A DNA stretch of 64,000 nt from Gemmatimonadota bacterium (GCA_038128265.1 JAYPJE010000013.1:22908-86907); one strand, 5' to 3'; counted from the first letter of the stretch, positions 27,254-37,098 are shown. Notes: generated by a model not told the origin, from the letters alone. Numbers and translations are program-made.

Positions 27254-29173
27254 ATGAATCGCTTCGGAATGTTGGGCTGTGCACTCTTTGCGTTGGCGTT
27301 GGGATGGAGTGCGGATGCGGGTGCGCTCACGATCTTTCGCATCGGCGGTGAAAATCTACCGCGGCCTGAGGTTGGCGGTGACTTCGAGTTTGTTCAGCTC
27401 AGCTGGGGCGAGGCAGAAGAGGCGCGTCACGGCAGCTTGGAGTTGCTAGAAGTCAGTCCGGACTACATCAAACCGCGCGAACTCGATCCCAGCGTGAATC
27501 TCACACCCGCGCTCGAAAGCAACGGGGGGCAGATCTTGGCTTTGGGTTGGACGGGGTGGGAGCGCCGACTCGAGGAGGATCTGGTCTTTTTTGACGAGGA
27601 TCCCAGTACCGCCTACTTAGGCGATGGGCACTTTGCCGCCCATGCGCCGCCGCAGAAGCACTTGATCTTTGATTTCGGCGGACGCTTTCTAATTCAGCGC
27701 ATTCGCTTTTTTCCGCGCGAAAAGCACGAGCACGATCGCTTCATACAAAAGTTTGTCATTGGCATTAGCGACGGGGACCCGCTCAAGGACGGTATGCGTG
27801 ACCGCGACTTTGGCACCCGCGGTCACTTCGTCAACTTTGACGTCGCGCACGAAATAACCGAGAACACAGTGTCGGATATTACGCTGGAAATGCCGCCGGT
27901 GCCCATCAAGCAGATTCTGTTTCAGGGTTTTGAAAACACGCGTGGCATCTGGGAAGTCGCGGAGTTTCAGATTTTTGGTATCGGCTATGCTCCATTTGCC
28001 CACTACGTGTCCAACGTCATCGACCTCGGAAAACCGGCTAGCTTAGGTCAGTTGACCTGGCTGGGGCGCCAGGATCAGGATGCAAAAATCGATATAGCCA
28101 TGCGCGCCGGTGATGATGACGATCCCAACAACTACTGGCGCTTCACATTCAGAGGCGATGAGCGCACCCGTTTCGCCACCAGCGGTCGGCCGCTCAAGCT
28201 GGCTGACTACAAGAAACTTGAATCGGGTGAGAAGGCGGGCATTACCCACGATACGGAGAATTGGGATTTTTGGTCGACGCCCTACGACTTCGAAGCAGAC
28301 GGTGGCAATTTGGTCGGCAACAAACCGCATCAATTTGTGCAGTTTAAAGTCGACTTTCTCTCTGGGTTAGAGGCTAGCGGACAGCTCGACTACCTGCAGT
28401 TTTCGGTGGCGATACCGCCCATTGCCAGCGAAGCGCTGGCCGAAATCGAGCCAAACCGAGCGCCAGCGGGCGAGGTGACGTCGTTTACATACAAGATCAA
28501 GCCGAACCTCGATAGCGGCGATTTGGGATTCGATAGCATATCAATTGACACGCCAGCCCGTGCCGTTGGCGTCGATGCCGTGCGCATTGGCGGCGTCGAA
28601 GAGGAATTTGAACTCGTCGATTTAGATGATACTGGCTTTACGGTTCGCGTTCCGCCGATCAGCATCCAGCAGACGGAAGAGCTGATCGAAGTCGACTTTC
28701 GCGCCGAGGTCTTTAAGTTTGGCACCGTGTTTTCAGGTAGGGTGTTTAACAGCGAAATGGTCGATGAGGTATATCAAACGCTGACGCCGGGCAATGCCGA
28801 CGACCTGTTTGACGGCGACGTGCTGCGCGTGGACTTAGCGGGACTTGAATCAAATACGATCCAAGCGATGCACCTGTCTTCGCCGGTTTTGACTCCGAAT
28901 AACGACGGCGTCAACGATCGCGTCACGATCGAGTACGATTTGCTCAACTTGGCGGGGTCTGTGCCGGCGACCGTCGATATTTACTCGCTTTCGGGGCAGC
29001 GCCTCAGCTCGGTGCCGGTGGCCAGCGTTGCCAGCGGTCGATTTTCAACCCAATGGGACGGCCGCGATGAAGGGGGCAAGATCTTGCCCCCGGGTATGTA
29101 CATTCTGCGTTTGGAAGTAGCTGCTGATCAGGGATCGGATGCCGTCGAACGCATCGTTTCGCTGGCCTATTGA
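27254..29173 (+). CDS. Secreted discoidin-like/scaffold protein with FlgD-Ig CTD (family A, copy 3)
   Basis: GGAGA RBS before ATG 27254; collinear close paralogue of 25302..27215 (shared DPNNYWRFTFRGDER and THDTENWDFWSTPY); ends VSLAY. Confidence 0.82.
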   Translation: MNRFGMLGCALFALALGWSADAGALTIFRIGGENLPRPEVGGDFEFVQLSWGEAEEARHGSLELLEVSPDYIKPRELDPSVNLTPALESNGGQILALGWTGWERRLEEDLVFFDEDPSTAYLGDGHFAAHAPPQKHLIFDFGGRFLIQRIRFFPREKHEHDRFIQKFVIGISDGDPLKDGMRDRDFGTRGHFVNFDVAHEITENTVSDITLEMPPVPIKQILFQGFENTRGIWEVAEFQIFGIGYAPFAHYVSNVIDLGKPASLGQLTWLGRQDQDAKIDIAMRAGDDDDPNNYWRFTFRGDERTRFATSGRPLKLADYKKLESGEKAGITHDTENWDFWSTPYDFEADGGNLVGNKPHQFVQFKVDFLSGLEASGQLDYLQFSVAIPPIASEALAEIEPNRAPAGEVTSFTYKIKPNLDSGDLGFDSISIDTPARAVGVDAVRIGGVEEEFELVDLDDTGFTVRVPPISIQQTEELIEVDFRAEVFKFGTVFSGRVFNSEMVDEVYQTLTPGNADDLFDGDVLRVDLAGLESNTIQAMHLSSPVLTPNNDGVNDRVTIEYDLLNLAGSVPATVDIYSLSGQRLSSVPVASVASGRFSTQWDGRDEGGKILPPGMYILRLEVAADQGSDAVERIVSLAY

Positions 29174-29179
29174 TACGCC

Positions 29180-31780
29180 ATGAGACGGTCGCCCCGCAAC
29201 GTTATACCGTGGCTGTGCTGCATTGCGCTGCTATCGATGAGTGCAGCCGAGGGGCAAGGCCATCGCATTGCGGCCAATCAGGTCGTTGTAGAGGGCAGGC
29301 ATTGGAATAACTGGACCTTTCCCGCCGGCACGCTGGACATATCCAATCGGGGCGAGGTGATGCCCCGCGTTCTGCACAAAAATATCAACGCCTCGTTTGA
29401 TATCCTCGATTATTTGCGCCTCCATCCGCCGCCGGCACTCGGCAGCAAAGCGCCCGAAGACATCCAATTGATCGATGCAATACAGGCGGGGTCCAATCGC
29501 GAAGGCGTAGTGCATATTCTCGACGGTGATATGTCGACCTATTGGGAGCCCGACCTGCTGCAGCCAGACGTCGACCTCGAGTCGCAGTGGTGGTTCACTA
29601 TTGATCTCGGGCGCTTTGTCTTTATTGAAAAACTGGTGCTGAAATTTGTCGACGAGGAATTGGGCGATCCGTTCCTGCTGTTTGACGTTCTCGTCTCCAA
29701 CGGTCTGAATCCAGTCCGCGTTCCGGGCTCAAAATCTCCTGAGTATAAGACCGTCTTACGCAACCTACAGCCGAATAAGAGCCAACGCGTATTTGAGATT
29801 GATTTCAGCAAGGTGCCCGAAGCGCAGAGCGAAGGGGTGCGCTTTGTGCAGGTAGTCGTCAACGGCAGCGACTTGCAGCAGGGCCGTGAGGTCGATCGCG
29901 AGGTCTACGACGCGCTTGATGCGGATAGTCGGGGGGCGGTCCAGTACAACAAGAAAATGGCTGACGGGCGCGAGGTAGTAATTAAACAGAGCGTTTACGA
30001 GCAGCTCGAAGGGGAGCGACAGGGTTCCATACGCTACTTCATGCGCGAGCGTCCCCGCTTGGCGGAGCTCGAAGTATGGGCCACGGGCGATGAAATTGTC
30101 GGCGGTACGGTCGAACGCGGTGGCTTTATCACATCGACTCAGCAGATCAATACGGCGACCGTCATCGACGGCGATATCCAGAGCTTTGGCACGGTGACGA
30201 CCACCATCGCGGAGATTACCGATCCCAATGAATTGAATTTGGATATGTTTTTTGACCTGGGTTCGTTCTATTGGATCGACACGCACCGTATCGTCTACAA
30301 CCCGGGCAATGTGCACGCGCGCAGTTTCTTTGATTACCAACTAGACTTTTCCGACGGATCGCGTGCACCGGATGGCGAGCTGAGCTGGTTTACTGCGCTC
30401 TTCCGCCGGCAGGAGGCTACGCTCAAGGCCGTTATTGAAGGCAATCGCTTTGCACCGGTAAAAGCCCGTTTTTTTCGCCTGCAGGCCAAGGCGCGCAATA
30501 TGCGGGGCAATGCGCTGGTACCCGTCGCGGAAATGCAGCTTTACGGCGAGGGATTTCAGCCGCGCGTCGAGTTGGAGTCGGATCTGATCCGCCTTGGCGG
30601 GAGCCGCAACCTGCTGTCGATCCGCTGGGATGCCGATACGCCACCGGGCACGAGCGTGCAGATTCAGACGCGCACCGGTAATGAACTTGGCGAGGTGCTG
30701 CACTACTTCAAGAAAGACGGCACGGAGGTTACGGAGTCGCAGTATGGCAAGCTGCTATCGCTATTCAAGGGAGAAGTTGTTCCCGAGGAAGTGCCGGGCA
30801 ACGATTGGAGCGATTGGAGCGAGCCGTATACGCTCGCGTCGGGTAGCCCGATTACCTCGCCGTCGCCGCGCGAATATCTCAAGGTGCGGGCGACGCTGGT
30901 CTCTGACGATCCAGCCGCCGCCGCCGCGCTGCGCTCTATCCGCCTCGATTTCGTCGATCCGGTAGCGCAGGGCTTGGTGGGTGAGGTCGTTCCGTTTCAG
31001 GTCGATTCGCTGGGCGTAGAGCAGCCCTTCTCGCTGTATATCCGCCCCGACTTTGTGCGCAGCGATAGCGGCTTTGACGAACTACTGCTGGTGGCGCCGT
31101 CGGATATGGCACTCGACTTTGTTGGTTTTTACGCGGGCAAAGAGGATGATTTCCTAGGTGATGGGCGCGATATAAACGGCCTAGCGGTGGCCGATGTAGA
31201 ATTGGTGACTAGCGGAGGAGACAGCCTGCAGGTGGCTTTCCCCCCGATTACCCCGGGAGACGATGTCGATGTGTTGCGCTTGGATTTCCGCACCGCCCTT
31301 TTCTCGACGGGAGCGGTCTTGCGACCCGCGCTGCAGCAGCGTGGCAGTGCCAACAGCGCATGGCAGCGCGTCGATTCGGGTAATGCCATCGCCCTGGGTC
31401 AGGGCAATACGACCACGTTGGTAGGCGCTGTCGGTAGCAATCAGCTGATTCGCGACGTGTCGGTGAACCCCAGGGTCTTTTCTCCGAACGGCGATGGGAT
31501 CAACGACGAGACGGCATTTGAATTTACCGTTGTTCGCGTGGGCGATAGCAGCCCGGCTGAGGTGATTGTCTACGATCTGAGCGGTCGTCAGGTGCGGCGC
31601 TTGGTCGAGCAGCGCTTGGTGAGCACGGGCGCGCGTGCGCTGCACTGGGATGGTCGCAGCGATGCGGGCGATATGGTAATGCCCGGCGTGTACTACGCCC
31701 GTCTACGCGTCGCCACAGAAACCGCCGGTGCGGGAATTGACAATGCCGAGGCTCTGCGGCCCATTGTCGTCGTTTACTGA
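29180..31780 (+). CDS. Secreted protein with two discoidin-like domains, scaffold and PNGDGIND/FlgD-Ig CTD (family B, copy 1)
   Basis: Signal peptide; DGDMSTYWEP...IDLG...LAELEVW; second IDGD...FDLG...AEMQLYG; FSPNGDGIND; ends IVVVY. Confidence 0.82.
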   Translation: MRRSPRNVIPWLCCIALLSMSAAEGQGHRIAANQVVVEGRHWNNWTFPAGTLDISNRGEVMPRVLHKNINASFDILDYLRLHPPPALGSKAPEDIQLIDAIQAGSNREGVVHILDGDMSTYWEPDLLQPDVDLESQWWFTIDLGRFVFIEKLVLKFVDEELGDPFLLFDVLVSNGLNPVRVPGSKSPEYKTVLRNLQPNKSQRVFEIDFSKVPEAQSEGVRFVQVVVNGSDLQQGREVDREVYDALDADSRGAVQYNKKMADGREVVIKQSVYEQLEGERQGSIRYFMRERPRLAELEVWATGDEIVGGTVERGGFITSTQQINTATVIDGDIQSFGTVTTTIAEITDPNELNLDMFFDLGSFYWIDTHRIVYNPGNVHARSFFDYQLDFSDGSRAPDGELSWFTALFRRQEATLKAVIEGNRFAPVKARFFRLQAKARNMRGNALVPVAEMQLYGEGFQPRVELESDLIRLGGSRNLLSIRWDADTPPGTSVQIQTRTGNELGEVLHYFKKDGTEVTESQYGKLLSLFKGEVVPEEVPGNDWSDWSEPYTLASGSPITSPSPREYLKVRATLVSDDPAAAAALRSIRLDFVDPVAQGLVGEVVPFQVDSLGVEQPFSLYIRPDFVRSDSGFDELLLVAPSDMALDFVGFYAGKEDDFLGDGRDINGLAVADVELVTSGGDSLQVAFPPITPGDDVDVLRLDFRTALFSTGAVLRPALQQRGSANSAWQRVDSGNAIALGQGNTTTLVGAVGSNQLIRDVSVNPRVFSPNGDGINDETAFEFTVVRVGDSSPAEVIVYDLSGRQVRRLVEQRLVSTGARALHWDGRSDAGDMVMPGVYYARLRVATETAGAGIDNAEALRPIVVVY

Positions 31781-31815
31781 TTGGTCAGGTTAATAGAGGA
31801 CCGGAGTTAATTCTT

Positions 31816-34419
31816 ATGTCATTGAGCGCTCTTTATTCAAACAGCAACCGCTTGATACCGGCGTTGTGTATGGCCATATGGGCGATGGGTTCCGCCGATT
31901 CGGCGCGGGCTCAGGGGTACCGGTTGAGTGCGAGTCAGGTTATTGTTGAGACCCAGCGCCACTGGGAAAACTGGGTATTTGCCCAGGGCACGCTGCAAAT
32001 TGATGGAGGACAGGTGCAGCCGTCGGCCATGCGGCGCAATACCAACGCCGTATTTGATATCGTCGATTTTCTGCGGCTGAATACCCCGTCTGAAATCAAG
32101 AAAGACGCCGAAGACATCGAGCTGATTGATGCCGTTAAAGCGGGTTCGAATCGCGCCGGTGTGGTCAATATTATGGACGGTGATATGTCCACCTACTGGC
32201 AGCCCGATCGCGCTGAAGAAGGGAGCGACCTAGCGACGCAATGGTGGTTTGTCATCGATTTGGGCCGCTTTGTCTTTGCCAAGAAGCTTGTGCTAAAGTT
32301 CGTCGACGAAGAACTGGGCGACCCCTTCCTGCTCTTCGATGTATTGGTTTCCGATGGACTGGCACCGCCGCGCGTTCCGGGTTCAAAAGTGCCGCGCTAC
32401 CAAACGGTGCTCCGGACGCTGCAAGAGAACAAAGACCAGCGCGTATTTGAAATTGACTTAGATGGGCTGAGTGACGAAGCCGAGAGCGAGGGCATTCGAT
32501 ATGTGCAAGTCGTCGTAAACGGCACGGATGCGGGCCGCGGACGGGAAGTCACCAAGGAAGCATACGATGGATTGCTTGCGGCCGACCGAGGTGATATCGA
32601 ATACAATAAAAAGTTGATTAACGGGGGCGAAGTGCCGGTTCGGCAGGATGTTTTTGAACAGCTAGAGCTCGAGCGCCAAGGCGCCGTGCGCTACTTTCGT
32701 CAGGAGCGCCCGCGGTTGGCCGAGCTCGAAGTTTGGGGTTTGGGCGACGAAATTCTCAGCGGAACCGTTTCGCGCGGCGGCTTTATTTTTGCAACCGAGC
32801 CCAACGTGGCGCTCAGTTCATTTGTCGACGGCGACCGCGGCACGATCTCCCAGATGGTTTGGGACGCGCAGCCCGGCGCTACGCAGATCTTTGATCGCGA
32901 GCTCTTTTTCGACCTCGGTTCGTTTTATTGGATCGACACACACCGCATGGCCTACGGCGGCCTATTTCGCCGCTTTGGCGACTATCAACTACAGTTCTCC
33001 GACGGATCGCTCGCCCCGGATGGGACGTTGCAGTGGTGGACGTCTTTCGACCGTTCGCAGGCCGGGCGCGTGCGCGAAAACTTTGAAGGAAACGATTTTG
33101 ATCCGATTAAAGCGCGTTTCTTTCGCATGTTTTGGAAGATAAAAGAGCGCGGTAGCAATCGCGTTGAACTGGCAGAGATTCAGCTCTACGGCCAAGGCGT
33201 GCAGCCGCGCGTCGAATTGGAATCGGATTTGATCCGCCTGGGGGGCAGCCGCAATCTCCTGTCCATAGAGTGGGATGCCGATACGCCGCCGGGCACGAGC
33301 GTGCAGATTCAAACGCGCACGGGTAACGAACTGGGCGAAGTGCTCCACTACTTTAAAAAAGATGGCACCGAAGTGACCGAGGCGCAGTATGGAAAGCTGC
33401 TGTCGCTGTTTAGGGGTGATATTGTGCCGGAGGAAGTGCCGGGCAACGACTGGAGCGATTGGAGTGAGCCGTACGCGCTCTCGTCGGGCAGTCCAATTAC
33501 GTCGCCGTCGCCGCGCGAATACCTTAAAGTGCGGGCAACGCTGGTGTCCGACGATCCAAACGTCGCGGCCACGCTGCGCTCTATTCGACTCAACTTTGTC
33601 GATCCGGTAGCACAGGGCCTAGTGGGTGAGTTGGTGCCGTTTCAGGTCGATTCGCTGGGCGTAGAACGCCCGTTTTCTCTGTATATCCGACCGGACTTTG
33701 TGCGCAACGACAGCGGCTTTGATGAACTGCTACTCGTCGCACCTTCCGACATGAGTCTGGACTTTACGGGGCTCTTTGCTGGAGCAGAGGCCGACTTTGT
33801 AGCGGGGAGCGACCTTGAAGCGATGGTTCCCGAAGGAGTGGACGTAGCCGCTAGTGGCGGCGACAGCCTGCGCGTCGCCTTTGCCCCTATTGGCCCCAAC
33901 GACAATATTGACCTCTTGCGGCTCGACTTTCGCACGGCGCTTTTCTCGACGGGGGCCGTATTGAAACCTCTGCTTCAGCAGCGTGGAGCAACAAACGCTT
34001 GGCAGCGAGTGGACGCGGGTAACGCCGTCTCACTGGGAGAGGGCAATACGACGACGCTGGTCGGCGCCGTCGGTCGCAAAGAACTTATTCGCCATGCCGA
34101 AGTAGTGCCGCGCGTATTTTCACCTAATGGCGACGGCGTCAACGACGAAGCGGCCTTCGAGTTTACCGTTATTCGGGTGAGTGATAGCAGCCCAGCCGAA
34201 GTGACGGTATACGATCTGAGCGGCCGTCGGGTGCGCCATCTGGTCGAGCAGCGAGCCGTTAGCACCGGTCCGCGCTCCCTGCGTTGGGATGGTCGCGATG
34301 ACGCGGGTCAACTCGTGGCGCCGGGCGTGTACTATGCGCGGTTACGTGTTGCCACGGAAACGTCGGGCGCCGGCATTGAAAGCGCCGAAGCACTGCGCGC
34401 CGTATCGGTGGCATATTAA
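31816..34419 (+). CDS. Family B paralogue, copy 2
   Basis: Collinear with 29180..31780; near-identical ESDLIRLGGSRNLLSI...SPSPREYLKVRATLVSDDP; ends VSVAY. Confidence 0.82.
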   Translation: MSLSALYSNSNRLIPALCMAIWAMGSADSARAQGYRLSASQVIVETQRHWENWVFAQGTLQIDGGQVQPSAMRRNTNAVFDIVDFLRLNTPSEIKKDAEDIELIDAVKAGSNRAGVVNIMDGDMSTYWQPDRAEEGSDLATQWWFVIDLGRFVFAKKLVLKFVDEELGDPFLLFDVLVSDGLAPPRVPGSKVPRYQTVLRTLQENKDQRVFEIDLDGLSDEAESEGIRYVQVVVNGTDAGRGREVTKEAYDGLLAADRGDIEYNKKLINGGEVPVRQDVFEQLELERQGAVRYFRQERPRLAELEVWGLGDEILSGTVSRGGFIFATEPNVALSSFVDGDRGTISQMVWDAQPGATQIFDRELFFDLGSFYWIDTHRMAYGGLFRRFGDYQLQFSDGSLAPDGTLQWWTSFDRSQAGRVRENFEGNDFDPIKARFFRMFWKIKERGSNRVELAEIQLYGQGVQPRVELESDLIRLGGSRNLLSIEWDADTPPGTSVQIQTRTGNELGEVLHYFKKDGTEVTEAQYGKLLSLFRGDIVPEEVPGNDWSDWSEPYALSSGSPITSPSPREYLKVRATLVSDDPNVAATLRSIRLNFVDPVAQGLVGELVPFQVDSLGVERPFSLYIRPDFVRNDSGFDELLLVAPSDMSLDFTGLFAGAEADFVAGSDLEAMVPEGVDVAASGGDSLRVAFAPIGPNDNIDLLRLDFRTALFSTGAVLKPLLQQRGATNAWQRVDAGNAVSLGEGNTTTLVGAVGRKELIRHAEVVPRVFSPNGDGVNDEAAFEFTVIRVSDSSPAEVTVYDLSGRRVRHLVEQRAVSTGPRSLRWDGRDDAGQLVAPGVYYARLRVATETSGAGIESAEALRAVSVAY

Positions 34420-34449
34420 ACGGTTTGGATACCCATGGGAGAAACGCAG

Positions 34450-37041
34450 ATGATCGGTAGGTGCCGGTGGCTGTGCGGTGTGCTGGTGGCCGTTTTCGCC
34501 TCGATGCTATTGGTTGGTGAACTGCGGGCACAGGGCCACAGGGTTAGTGCCAATCAGGTTGTTATCAACGCGCAGAATCACTGGGAAAACTGGGTGTTTC
34601 CGCAGGGCACGCTCAGTGTCGTCGATGGCACCGTGCGGCCAAAGAGCATGCAGCGGAATACCAATGCGGTTGTCGATATCGTCGACTTTCTGCGTCTCAA
34701 TACGCCCGATCACATCAAGAAAGACCCCGAAGATATCGGTCTGGTCGACGCAGTCAAAGCCGGCTCAAATCCCGCCGATGCATTTAAGGCGATCGACGGC
34801 GATCCCACCACCTATTGGGAGCCAGCGCCGGTGCCCGCAGGCATTGACCTGCCTGCGCAGTGGTGGTACAACCTCGACTTGGGCCGCTTTGTCTTCGCAA
34901 AGAAAATCGTCCTAAAATTTGTCGATGAAGACCTGGGCGACCCATTCTTGCTCTTTGACGTGCTTGTTTCCGACGGACTCAAACCCAAGCTCGCCCCCCT
35001 GTCGACGACGCCAAACTATTCTACGGTCATGCGTCTGTTACAGGAAAACAAGAGCCAGCGCGTCTTTGAAATCGACCTGCAAAATGCCGACAAAGAGACG
35101 CGCAGTCAGGGGCTGCGGTTTATTCAGATCGTGGTCAATGGAACCGACGGTGCGCGCGGCCGGCAGGTCACAGAGGCCGAATACGACGAACTGCCGGCCG
35201 CCGAGCGCGGTGCAGTTGAATACTACAAATATCTGCTCGACGGCGGTCAGCTACAGGTAGACCAGGATGTCTACGAAAAGCTGAGCCCGGAAAAGCGAGC
35301 CGATATCCGCCACTTTCGTCGCGAGCGACCGCGCCTGGCCGAAATTGAGGTGTGGGGTGAAGGAGACGAGATTCTGAGTGGCACCGTTTCGCGCGGCGGC
35401 TTTATCTCCACAACGGAGCCGGGCGTGGCGTTGGGCCCCTTTATCGATGGCCGGCGAGAGAGCTCTTCCATCGTCGTTTGGGGCGTGGGTGGTTGGACCG
35501 GGGCTACCACCGACATCAACAATCGCGAACTGTTTTTCGACCTAGGTACATTCTACTGGGTCGATACGCATCTATTGGCCTACGGCGGCCGCAGCTTTGG
35601 GGACTACCGCATCGAAGTGTCGGACGGCAGCCTGGCCCCAGACGGCAGTTTGGAGTGGAATCGCGTGCTGAATCGCGATCAGGGCGGCGTGTACCAGCGC
35701 CCGTTTGAAGGCAACCGATTTGATCCCGTACAGGCGCGCTTTTTTCGCATGCAGTGGACGGTTGCCGCCTTTGGTGCCAGCGCTATACTGGCCGAAGTGC
35801 AGCTCTACGGCGAGGGATTTTTGCCGCGTTTGTCGCTTGAATCCGATTTGATTCGCCTCGGGGGAAGTCGAAACCTGCTCTCCATCGAATGGGACGCCGA
35901 TACGCCGCCGGGGACGAGTGTGCAGATTCAGACGCGCACGGGTAATGAATTGGGCGAAATCTTGCACTACTTCAAAAAGGACGGCACCGAAGTAACCGAG
36001 GCGCAATATGGCAAGCTGCTGTCGCTGTTCAAGGGAGATATTATTCCCGAAGAAGTGCCGGGCAACGATTGGAGTGATTGGAGCGAACCCTATACTATTC
36101 CTTCCGGTAGTGTGATTACTTCGCCGTCGCCGCGCGAATATCTCAAGGTGCGCGCGACCTTGGTTTCGGACGATCCGTCGGCTGCGGCTGCGCTGCGCTC
36201 TATTCGACTCAACTTCGTCGATCCGGTAGCGCAGGGACTGGTTGGAGAGGTCGTGCCCTTTCAGGTCGATTCGCTGGGCATCGAGCGCCCTTTCTCCCTG
36301 TACATCCGACCGGATTTTTTGCGCAATGACAGCGGTTTTGACCAACTGCTTCTGGTTGCTCCTTCCGATATGGAATTGGCGTTTGCCGGCCTCTATGCCG
36401 GTTCGGAAGACGACTTTATTGCCGGGGGGGATATGGAACGCATGCGCGTGGAGGATGCGCTGGTGGCTGAAACCAATGCGGACAGTCTGCAGCTTCGCTT
36501 TCCGCTTGTTGGGCCCAATGGCGACGCGGAGCTACTGCGTCTCGATTTTCGCACGGCGCTGTTTTCTACGGGTGCGGTGCTGCGGGCTTCACTGCAAAAT
36601 GGATCCGGCGGATCGGCTGCCTGGCAGCGCGTAGACGCGGGTAATGCCGTTGCGCTGGGCGCGGGTAATACGACGACGCTGGTCGGCGCGGTCGGTCGCA
36701 ACGAGCTACTCTATGACGTGCGGGTTGAGCCGCGTGCATTCTCACCCAACGGCGACGGGATTAATGACGACACGGTCTTCGAGTTTACCGTTGTGCGCGT
36801 GGGCGATAGCAGTCCGGCAGAAGTAATTATCTACGATCTGAGCGGTCGTTCGGTGCGGCGCTTAGTTGAGCAGCGCGCGGTTAGCACGGGACCTCGATCT
36901 CTGCGCTGGGACGGGCGCGATGACGCCGGTCACGTCGTCATGCCGGGTATCTATTACGCGCGCCTGCGCGTTGCGACGGAAACGGCCGGTGCCGATATAG
37001 ACAATGCCGAGGTGCTGCGTACGATATCGGTGGCCTACTGA
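34450..37041 (+). CDS. Family B paralogue, copy 3
   Basis: GGGAG RBS before ATG 34450 (alternative start 34435); collinear with the two preceding genes; ends ISVAY. Confidence 0.82.
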   Translation: MIGRCRWLCGVLVAVFASMLLVGELRAQGHRVSANQVVINAQNHWENWVFPQGTLSVVDGTVRPKSMQRNTNAVVDIVDFLRLNTPDHIKKDPEDIGLVDAVKAGSNPADAFKAIDGDPTTYWEPAPVPAGIDLPAQWWYNLDLGRFVFAKKIVLKFVDEDLGDPFLLFDVLVSDGLKPKLAPLSTTPNYSTVMRLLQENKSQRVFEIDLQNADKETRSQGLRFIQIVVNGTDGARGRQVTEAEYDELPAAERGAVEYYKYLLDGGQLQVDQDVYEKLSPEKRADIRHFRRERPRLAEIEVWGEGDEILSGTVSRGGFISTTEPGVALGPFIDGRRESSSIVVWGVGGWTGATTDINNRELFFDLGTFYWVDTHLLAYGGRSFGDYRIEVSDGSLAPDGSLEWNRVLNRDQGGVYQRPFEGNRFDPVQARFFRMQWTVAAFGASAILAEVQLYGEGFLPRLSLESDLIRLGGSRNLLSIEWDADTPPGTSVQIQTRTGNELGEILHYFKKDGTEVTEAQYGKLLSLFKGDIIPEEVPGNDWSDWSEPYTIPSGSVITSPSPREYLKVRATLVSDDPSAAAALRSIRLNFVDPVAQGLVGEVVPFQVDSLGIERPFSLYIRPDFLRNDSGFDQLLLVAPSDMELAFAGLYAGSEDDFIAGGDMERMRVEDALVAETNADSLQLRFPLVGPNGDAELLRLDFRTALFSTGAVLRASLQNGSGGSAAWQRVDAGNAVALGAGNTTTLVGAVGRNELLYDVRVEPRAFSPNGDGINDDTVFEFTVVRVGDSSPAEVIIYDLSGRSVRRLVEQRAVSTGPRSLRWDGRDDAGHVVMPGIYYARLRVATETAGADIDNAEVLRTISVAY

Positions 37042-37098
37042 TAACGCTCTCCCCACACAATGCGTGCGAACCCATATCGGCTGCCATCGGTGCAGTGT

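Noticed and set aside
25302..37041. Diversity-generating retroelement or recent gene conversion explaining the variable paralogues
   Set aside because: No reverse transcriptase or TR/VR pair is visible. Differences include indels and widespread synonymous changes rather than adenine-specific substitutions, which points to old duplications.
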